Positions 15,286 to 21,298 of a DNA stretch of 24,000 nucleotides are shown here, one piece after another. A program made the translations under genes and the position numbers. The stretch comes from Sinomonas atrocyanea (GTDB lineage Bacteria; Actinomycetota; Actinomycetes; Actinomycetales; Micrococcaceae). Position 1 is the stretch's first letter; every line of letters begins with the position of its first letter. The DNA is taken from the NCBI RefSeq assembly GCF_001577305.1, contig NZ_CP014518.1, positions 135,365 to 159,364 on the forward strand. Reading direction: 5' to 3'. Under the pieces are notes generated by a model, which searched no databases, was not told where the DNA came from, and worked only from the letters and a program-made list of their open reading frames with translations.

Positions 15286-16313
15286 TTGACGATCCTCAAT
15301 CTGCTGCGATGGGGCCAGGCTGCGGCGAGGACAGCCGCGATGAGGACTGCTCCGGACACCGCGGACTGGAGGTTCGGGCTGACGCCGCTGAGGATGAGCC
15401 CGTTGTTCAGGACGGTGAGCATCAGCACCCCGACTGCGGTGCGGAGGATTCCGCCCTTCCCTCCTGCGAGGGAGGTCCCGCCGATCACGACGGCGGCGAT
15501 GGTGAGGAAGAGGTTGCCGGTTCCGACCGTAGCCGAGCCTGCGCCGAGCTGCAGGCTGGCGAGGATCCCCGCGCCGGCACTGCAGGCGCCTGCCGCCACG
15601 AAGACGTAGACCTTGTACCTGCCGACGGGCACGCCGTTGGCCCGGGCGATCTCCTCGTTGTTGCCGATCGCGTAGGCGAAGCGGCCGAGGCGGGTGAACC
15701 TGGTGACGCCGATGCCCACCAGGGCCACCACGGCGGCTAGGAGGAACGAGTTCGGCAGGCCGAGGGTGAGGCTCGTGGGCCAGGACTTGAGGCCCTGGTC
15801 GGAGAGGAACGGGATGGACGCCTGGCCGAACAGCAGCGTGGCGATGCCGAGCCCGACGAACCACACGCCGAGGGTGACGATGAAGGACGGCACCTTCAGC
15901 TGGGTGTGCACGAGGCCGTTGACCAGGCCGAGCCCTGCGCCGACCGCCAGCGCGACCGGGATGGCCCAGAACCCGAGGTCGGCGGTGCCGCGGCTGTTGG
16001 CCGAGAGGAGGACGAAGGTCATCCCGGCGGCCCCCATGAGGCCCTCGACCGAGAGGTCGATGGAGCCGGTCAGGATGACGAGCGTCGACCCGACCCCGAT
16101 GATCAGGGGAAGCGCGGCGTGGTCCAGGATCGTCCGGGCGTTGTCCGGGCTGAGGAAGGAGGAGGGGTTGAGTGCCGCGAACACCGCGATCAGGGCGATC
16201 AGGGCGGCAACCTCGCCGAGATTCCTGAGCTCGAAGCGGTGCCGGCTCGGGGTGGGTTTGTGCTGAGCGGGTGCCGGGATCAGAAGCCCCGTGCCGCTGT
16301 CCTTTGCTGTCAT
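15282..16313 (-). CDS. ABC transporter permease, CUT2 type (first permease)
   Basis: 343 aa, polytopic. Motifs: GSIDLSVEG, RFTRLGRFAYAIGNNEEIARANGVPV, VVIGGTSLAGGKGG. Confidence 0.9.
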   Translation of the reverse strand: MTAKDSGTGLLIPAPAQHKPTPSRHRFELRNLGEVAALIALIAVFAALNPSSFLSPDNARTILDHAALPLIIGVGSTLVILTGSIDLSVEGLMGAAGMTFVLLSANSRGTADLGFWAIPVALAVGAGLGLVNGLVHTQLKVPSFIVTLGVWFVGLGIATLLFGQASIPFLSDQGLKSWPTSLTLGLPNSFLLAAVVALVGIGVTRFTRLGRFAYAIGNNEEIARANGVPVGRYKVYVFVAAGACSAGAGILASLQLGAGSATVGTGNLFLTIAAVVIGGTSLAGGKGGILRTAVGVLMLTVLNNGLILSGVSPNLQSAVSGAVLIAAVLAAAWPHRSRLRIVK

Positions 16314-16340
16314 TGCTCTCTCACCTGCTGTTGTTCGGGT

Positions 16341-16381
16341 GTGCGGCGGCTCCGTCAGGAGTCCGGACGGAGCCGCCGCAC
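16341..16381 (-). other. Intercistronic stem-loop after the binding-protein gene
   Basis: GTGCGGCGGCTCCGTC (16341-16356) pairs perfectly with GACGGAGCCGCCGCAC (16366-16381), giving a 16-bp stem and a 9-nt loop. It sits in the 75-nt gap between the SBP stop and the permease start. No U-tract. The position is typical of hairpins that raise SBP:permease expression ratios. Confidence 0.55.
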
Positions 16382-16388
16382 GGGGCCG

Positions 16389-17516
16389 TCAGGGCAGCTT
16401 CTCCGGACCGCCGCCGACGAGGGGGGTGGGCTGGGTGTCCCACGGCCCGTTCTTCACCAAGTCGTCGATCCAGCCGTCGATGTTGCTGTCGTACTTGGTG
16501 AACTCGGAGAGGTTCTGCGGGGTCACGCAGCTGAGCTTGAAGAGGCTGTCCCGCTTCTCGTGGGGCAGCTCCGAGGGCTTGATCGCGCCGGTCGCCGCCT
16601 GGTAAGCGGTGTACAGGCCGATCGCTGCGGCCATGAAGCCGCGGTGGAAGGTCTCGCCGACGATCGCGTCATTGCCCATGTGGTTCTGCATGTCGGCGAC
16701 CTCCTGCGGGTAGAGGCCATCCGTGGCGAACTTGACGTCGTTGATCCGCCCGGCGTTCTGCACAGCCTGGATCGCGCCGATCGTCATGCCGTCGTCGGCC
16801 GACCAGATACCGTTGATCTGGTTGCCGTACTTCGCCATGAGGTTCTGGGTGACCTGGAGGGCCTGCTGGGGATCCCAGTTGGCCGGCTGCGTGTCGAGCA
16901 GGTGCACGTTCGGGTAGGCCTTCAGGGCCTGCTGCATGCCCGCCACGCGGGTCTGGCTCGTGGTGCTGTCCTGCACGCCGCCGAGGGCGACGATGTTCCC
17001 CTTGCCGCCGATGCTCTTCGCGAGCGCGTCGGCCGTGCACTGCCCGCTCTGGACGCCGGAGTACTTCTGGAAGGCGACGAAGTTGTCGCCGACATTCCAG
17101 GGCTCGTAGTTGTCCGGCTTGTTCCACCAGACGCTCACGTAGCCGCCGGCGGCCTTGACCGCGTTGACGATCGGCGCCGCATCCGAGCTCGCGACCGTGT
17201 TGACCATCAGCGCGACCTTCTTGCCCTGGGCGAGGATGGCCTGGATCTTCGAGATCTCCGTCTGCGAGCTGCCCTGGGAGTCGACGATCTGCAGGGGGAC
17301 GCCGAGCTTCTTCGACAGGGCCTGCGCGCCCTGGATCATCGACGCCATGTACGGGTTGGTGGTGTTGATGACGGACGCGACGAGGACGATGTCCTTCTTG
17401 TCGATCGGCTGCGACGACGCGGCGGTCGTCGAGGTGCACGCTGTCATCGCCGCCAGCAGGCCGACTGCGGCCACGCCGGCCGCCAGCCGCTGTCGAATGC
17501 TGTTCCGGAGGGGCAT
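16389..17516 (-). CDS. ABC transporter substrate-binding lipoprotein (type I periplasmic sugar-binding fold)
   Basis: The track ORF is 16389-17627. The start is at ATG 17516 (MPLRNSIRQRLAAGVAAVGLLAAMTAC), preceded by GAAGGAG. It has a signal peptide with a lipobox-like MTAC. The body resembles RbsB/LacI-type binding proteins (VLVASVINTTNPYM, NIVALGG, ANWD). Confidence 0.85.
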   Translation of the reverse strand: MPLRNSIRQRLAAGVAAVGLLAAMTACTSTTAASSQPIDKKDIVLVASVINTTNPYMASMIQGAQALSKKLGVPLQIVDSQGSSQTEISKIQAILAQGKKVALMVNTVASSDAAPIVNAVKAAGGYVSVWWNKPDNYEPWNVGDNFVAFQKYSGVQSGQCTADALAKSIGGKGNIVALGGVQDSTTSQTRVAGMQQALKAYPNVHLLDTQPANWDPQQALQVTQNLMAKYGNQINGIWSADDGMTIGAIQAVQNAGRINDVKFATDGLYPQEVADMQNHMGNDAIVGETFHRGFMAAAIGLYTAYQAATGAIKPSELPHEKRDSLFKLSCVTPQNLSEFTKYDSNIDGWIDDLVKNGPWDTQPTPLVGGGPEKLP

Positions 17517-17562
17517 CAGTGACTCCTTCGTAAGAGATGGCCCGGGGTTCCTGCAGATCGAT

Positions 17563-17630
17563 GAATAACAATTCAGTGCCTGCATTTGGATTCTTCGAGT
17601 GTGCGGCACGTCACTTCTGCGTGTCAAGGG
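17563..17630 (-). promoter_or_regulatory. Predicted promoter plus two operator-like sites for the ABC-transporter operon
   Basis: Read on the minus strand: CCCTTGACAC (17630-17621), an 18-nt spacer, then CACACT (17603-17598). GAAT-CCAA-ATGC follows at 17593-17582 and GAAT-TGTT-ATTC at 17574-17563. The two sites are 19 nt apart, and the second lies 46 nt upstream of the start codon. Confidence 0.5.
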
Positions 17631-17670
17631 ATCAAATTCCCGCGGGGCCAGAAGACGCCCGCGGCGCGGA

Positions 17671-17707
17671 AAGAGGGAGGACCCTGCGGGGCAGGGTCCT
17701 CCCTCTT
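17671..17707 (-). terminator. Rho-independent-type terminator downstream of the epoxide hydrolase gene
   Basis: AAGAGGGAGGACCCTGC pairs with GCAGGGTCCTCCCTCTT, giving a 17-bp perfect stem and a 3-nt loop. It lies 18 nt after the stop codon. On the minus strand it is followed by a short pyrimidine/T-containing run (CTCTTTCC). Confidence 0.7.
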
Positions 17708-17724
17708 CGGGCGGCGGCGAGCCG

Positions 17725-18969
17725 TCAGCGGAAGGCGCGGAAGAAGGTCCTCACGTCGTCGACGTACGTGTCCGGCACCTCGAGGGGGGCGAAGTGGCCG
17801 CCCTCGTCATGGACGCGGTACTGCTGGAGATTGAAGTACTTCTCGGTCCACGTGCGCGGGGGCTTGTAGATCTCCCCCGGGTAGATGGACACCGCGGTGG
17901 GGGCACCCACCACGGGCAGCCCGTCGTGGCTCGGGCGCCACGGGTTCCCGCGGCATTCCCAGTAGTAGCGTGAGGAGGTCCCGCCGGTGTTGGTGAGGAA
18001 GTAGACGGCCGCGGTCGTGACGAGATCCTCCTTGGGCCACACCCGCTCGAAGGGCTCGGTGCCGACGCCGCGCTCCTCGAGTCCCCAGAAGTAGCGCTTC
18101 TCGGTGATCCAGGCCAGCTGGCCGGCGGGCGAGTCGGCGACCAGGGCCGCGAGCGTCTGCGGCTTGGTCAGCTGGATCTCCCCGTAGCCGCTCTCGTTCT
18201 GCACGAAGAGCTTGCCGCGTTCGAACCACCCCTTCTCGGTCGAGTCGTCGTACTCCTCCGCGGCCGGAAGGCCCAGGACGGGGTCGAACTTGACCCCCGG
18301 AGGGGCGTCGGGGTGCTCGGCCAGGTAGTGGCTCATCTGGGCCGGGAAGTGCGTGTAGACGCCGAAGACATCCTTCTCGTACTTGTGGCCGTGCTGCTGG
18401 GCCACGAGGGCGCCCCAGTCCCCTCCCGCGGTGGCGTACTTCTCGTACCCGAGCACCTTCTTCATGAGGGTGTTCTCGAGGTCGGCAGTCCGCCACCAGT
18501 TCCATCCCGGCTCCGTGAGCGGAGAGGAGAACCCGTAGCCGGGGAGGGAGATGAGGACGACGTCGAAGGAGTCCGCAGGGTCGCCGCCGTAGCTCGCGGG
18601 ATCGGTCAGGGGGCCGATCACCTTGCGCAGGTCCCAGAACGTCCAGGGCCACCCATGGTGGATGAGGAGGGGCATCGGGTTGGGCCCCTTCCCCTTGGCA
18701 TGGATGAAGTGGAGCGGCACGCCCATCAGGTCCGTCTTGAAGTGGGGCAGCTCATTCATCCGCCGCTCCACGTCCCGCCAGTCGTATTCGTTGATCCAGT
18801 AGTCGACGAGCTGCTTGTGGTACGCCGTGTTGTAGCCGTACCGCCAGTCGTCGTTGGCGAAGTCCTGCGGATAGCGGGTCTTGCGGAGCCGCTCGTACAT
18901 GTCCTTGAGGTCTTCTTCGGGGATGGAGATCGTGAAGGGACGGATCTCGCCTTCGTGGTGCGCAGCCAT
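17725..18969 (-). CDS. Epoxide hydrolase, microsomal/EHN-domain type (alpha/beta hydrolase)
   Basis: 414 aa. N-terminal EHN region: IRPFTISIPEEDLKDMYERLRKTRYP. Oxyanion motif HHGWPWTFWD. Nucleophile motif GGDWGA. RBS GAGGAGG. Confidence 0.9.
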   Translation of the reverse strand: MAAHHEGEIRPFTISIPEEDLKDMYERLRKTRYPQDFANDDWRYGYNTAYHKQLVDYWINEYDWRDVERRMNELPHFKTDLMGVPLHFIHAKGKGPNPMPLLIHHGWPWTFWDLRKVIGPLTDPASYGGDPADSFDVVLISLPGYGFSSPLTEPGWNWWRTADLENTLMKKVLGYEKYATAGGDWGALVAQQHGHKYEKDVFGVYTHFPAQMSHYLAEHPDAPPGVKFDPVLGLPAAEEYDDSTEKGWFERGKLFVQNESGYGEIQLTKPQTLAALVADSPAGQLAWITEKRYFWGLEERGVGTEPFERVWPKEDLVTTAAVYFLTNTGGTSSRYYWECRGNPWRPSHDGLPVVGAPTAVSIYPGEIYKPPRTWTEKYFNLQQYRVHDEGGHFAPLEVPDTYVDDVRTFFRAFR

Positions 18970-19041
18970 TGCGCCTCCTCGTGAGATGGGTGGGGTCGGA
19001 GGATGAAGTTCGTGGGGCGCCCAGGGGGCGCCGGGCGCCGT

Positions 19042-19989
19042 TCAGGCGATGTTGTAGAGGGCCCGTGCTTCCTGCTGGGTGGCGATGGGGCGGCCCACTT
19101 CGCGGGCGATCTCCTGCACCTGCTGGAGGAGCTCGAGGTTGGTCGGGTTGCGCGCCGGGTCGTAGAAGAGCTCCAGGCCGGTCTTGACGTGGCCGCCCAG
19201 CTCGATGGCCCTGCGCAGGATCCCGGTGTCGTCCAGTGCACCCTGGCCCCAGACCGAGACGTACCACGGATGCTTGACCTTGGCCTCCTCGATCATCCAG
19301 AGGTAGTAGTAGAGGCTTTCGAGGCTCGGCTTCATGCCGTTGGTGCCGATGGGCTCGGTGGCCGTGAGGCCGTAGTCGCCGATGAGGTAGAAGTCCCACA
19401 TCGAACCGGGTGTCGAGAGCCCGCGGTTCACGTAGTGCATCGCGTGGCGCAGATGTCCGGGCTCGTAGATGCCGAAGACCATGGCAAGATCGCGTTCTCG
19501 GAACATCTTGACCTGGCTGGCGACCCGCTTGAAGTTGAACCCGAACTCCGGCCCCGAGAGGTACCCCTCCTCGTCGGTGTCCACTGCGAAGAGCGTCAGG
19601 CCGGTGTCGACGCAGCCGATCCGCACGTTCGCGCCCTCGTAGAGGAACGGCACATGCTCCAGGCCGTTCTCCTCGGGCTGCAGCCGGAGGTTGTTGCAGG
19701 TCGTGGGGTACCAGGTGATGTCCGGGTACTTGGCAAGAACGCTCTCCCACGTGCGCATGTAGTCTTTGTAGGCGTTCTCGCCGAGCAGGTCGAAGCTCGT
19801 ATTGTGGGCGTGGATGGCGCCCGCGCCGGCCTCCCAGCACCGGATGGCATCCTCGGCGATCTCCTCGTAGGTGATCGGGGTGTTCGGGTTCATCTCCTTG
19901 GTGCGGACCCCGTTGATGTGGGACTCGATGACCACCGGATAGTCCCACTGCGGTTCCATGTCCGCGTACTTGTCCAGTGCAGTAGGCAC
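19042..19989 (-). CDS. Beta-keto acid cleavage enzyme family protein (BKACE / DUF849, 3-keto-5-aminohexanoate cleavage enzyme-like)
   Basis: The track ORF is 19042-20067. I prefer GTG 19989, which lies 5 nt after GGAGG. Alternatives are ATG 19959 (no SD) and ATG 20067 (inside the promoter-like region). Family features: PVVIESHINGVRTKEMNPNTPITYEEIAEDAIRCWEAGAGAIHAHN (Zn-ligand HxH). Confidence 0.85.
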   Translation of the reverse strand: MPTALDKYADMEPQWDYPVVIESHINGVRTKEMNPNTPITYEEIAEDAIRCWEAGAGAIHAHNTSFDLLGENAYKDYMRTWESVLAKYPDITWYPTTCNNLRLQPEENGLEHVPFLYEGANVRIGCVDTGLTLFAVDTDEEGYLSGPEFGFNFKRVASQVKMFRERDLAMVFGIYEPGHLRHAMHYVNRGLSTPGSMWDFYLIGDYGLTATEPIGTNGMKPSLESLYYYLWMIEEAKVKHPWYVSVWGQGALDDTGILRRAIELGGHVKTGLELFYDPARNPTNLELLQQVQEIAREVGRPIATQQEARALYNIA

Positions 19990-20034
19990 GGCTACCTCCA
20001 AGAGCGACGGACCGAGCGGCCCGATGACAGCTGT

Positions 20035-20099
20035 GAATTGATATTCGTAGATCCAATCAATATGCACTCATGGTGCGATGCGGATCACACTGCTGTCAA
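20035..20099 (-). promoter_or_regulatory. Predicted promoter plus two operator-like sites for the BKACE/epoxide-hydrolase operon
   Basis: Read on the minus strand: CCGTTGACAG (-35 TTGACA at 20099-20094), an 18-nt spacer, then CACCAT (20075-20070). GCAT-ATTG-ATTG follows at 20065-20054 and GAAT-ATCA-ATTC at 20046-20035. The two sites are 19 nt apart, and the second lies 45 nt upstream of GTG 19989. Confidence 0.5.
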
Positions 20100-20131
20100 C
20101 GGTCCGTGCGGAATCGATGCTCTCCGCGCCG

Positions 20132-21136
20132 TCAGGGGGCGGTGCGGGCCCCTGCCCGTGCGGCCTCGGCGGCTGAGCCGGCCGGCTCGCTCAGGAGGAA
20201 GGCCGCGGTTCCCGCATCAGTGACGAGGGTGTCCACCCAGCCTCCGGCCACCGCGGCGCGGATGGCCTGGTGCTTGCGTTCCCCACCGGCCACGGCCCAC
20301 CGGTGGCGGGCGTTCCGGAGCTGGTCGAGCGTCACTCCGACCACGAGGTCTTCGAGCTCGGAGTCGATCGGCTTCCCCTCCGCATCGATGAAGTGCAGGC
20401 ATACCTCGCCGACCGCGCCCCGCTCCCGGACGTGCTCGAACTGCTCATCCGTGAAGAAGTTGTCTCCGGAGCGCAGCTCGGGGTCCCGCTCGCACGTGCC
20501 GATGCCGACGAGCGCGACGTCGATGGAGTCCAGCATCTCCATGGCCATGCGCACGTACGGGTCCCGCGCGATGAGGAGCTCCTTGATCTCGCGGCTGGGC
20601 ACGACTCCCGGGGTCCGGAGGAAGACCGGCTGGGCGCCGGTCAGCGTGGCGAACTGCTGGGTGGAGCGGGCCGCATCGTGCTGCAGCTCGGGCGGCCCGA
20701 GGTCACCGAGGGTCTCCACCACGTACTCGCCGCGCGTCCGCAGGGGCAGGAGGGCATCGACCATGAGCCGCAGCGTCTTGCTCCACGAGGTGAAGGCGAT
20801 CGTCTTCACCTCGAACGCCAGCTCGTAGAGGAGGGAGGCCATGGTGTGGGCGAGGTCCTTGTTGACCTCGGACTCGTCGTGGCTGACCGTGTCGACCACG
20901 TGCACCTCGCTGAGTCCGTAGCGCGCCTCGATCTGCTCCTCGAGCTCGGCATGGATGTGCTGGGGCACGGCGACGACGGTCCGGACGATCGAGGCCTCTT
21001 CGGCCTGGGCGAGCAGCCGGGAGACGCGCGACTGGGAGATCTGGAGACGCTTGGCGATCTCCGTCTGGCGCACGCCGTGCGTGTGGTAGAGCCGCGCCAC
21101 TTTGATCATGAGGCGCTGGGTGTCATTGTCAGCCAT
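20132..21136 (-). CDS. SorC-family sugar-binding transcriptional regulator
   Basis: The track ORF is 20132-21247. The start is at ATG 21136 (MADNDTQRLMIKVARLYHTHGVRQTEIAKRLQISQSRVSRLL), preceded by GGAG. It has an N-terminal HTH and a C-terminal SorC/DeoR-type sugar-phosphate-binding domain (VALVGIGT, AVGEVCLHFIDAEG, VAGGERKHQAIRAA). Confidence 0.85.
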   Translation of the reverse strand: MADNDTQRLMIKVARLYHTHGVRQTEIAKRLQISQSRVSRLLAQAEEASIVRTVVAVPQHIHAELEEQIEARYGLSEVHVVDTVSHDESEVNKDLAHTMASLLYELAFEVKTIAFTSWSKTLRLMVDALLPLRTRGEYVVETLGDLGPPELQHDAARSTQQFATLTGAQPVFLRTPGVVPSREIKELLIARDPYVRMAMEMLDSIDVALVGIGTCERDPELRSGDNFFTDEQFEHVRERGAVGEVCLHFIDAEGKPIDSELEDLVVGVTLDQLRNARHRWAVAGGERKHQAIRAAVAGGWVDTLVTDAGTAAFLLSEPAGSAAEAARAGARTAP

Positions 21137-21202
21137 GGTGCTCCGTTTCTTGCCTGTCAGGGAGGAGTATCGCGCGGCGGGCGCCGTCACCGGAACCCCC
21201 GA

Positions 21203-21269
21203 CCCTTGACACCGGGATCGCCGCAGCAGACACTCGTAAATGTCCATGCGACTGCTAAATATTTATTCT
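21203..21269 (+). promoter_or_regulatory. Predicted promoter plus two operator-like sites in the sorC / glpD-like divergent region
   Basis: CCCTTGACAC (21203-21212), a 17-18-nt spacer, then GACACT/ACACTC (about 21229-21235). AAAT-GTCC-ATGC follows at 21238-21249 and AAAT-ATTT-ATTC at 21257-21268, 19 nt apart. The whole region is collinear with the ABC-operon promoter at 17630-17563. Confidence 0.5.
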
Positions 21270-21298
21270 AGCGATGTTCCGGCAGGAAGGAAACTGCA

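Noticed and set aside
15286-15864. 711-aa reading of ORF 13729-15864 for the ABC ATPase
   Set aside because: The N-terminal extension is off-frame permease sequence. ATG 15285, with an ATGA overlap and a Walker A about 50 residues in, is the normal architecture.
11011-17522. Long plus-strand ORFs 11011-12777, 12723-13796, 14252-14899 and 15906-17522, antisense to pepD and the ABC operon
   Set aside because: These are shadow ORFs with low-complexity Arg/Asp/Gly/His-rich translations. The opposite strand carries genes with strong family motifs.
18970-19041. GGCGCC-based short hairpin between the BKACE and epoxide hydrolase genes as an internal terminator
   Set aside because: The stem is only 6-7 bp and built from a self-complementary hexamer. 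There is no U-tract, and such sequences are common in GC-rich DNA.
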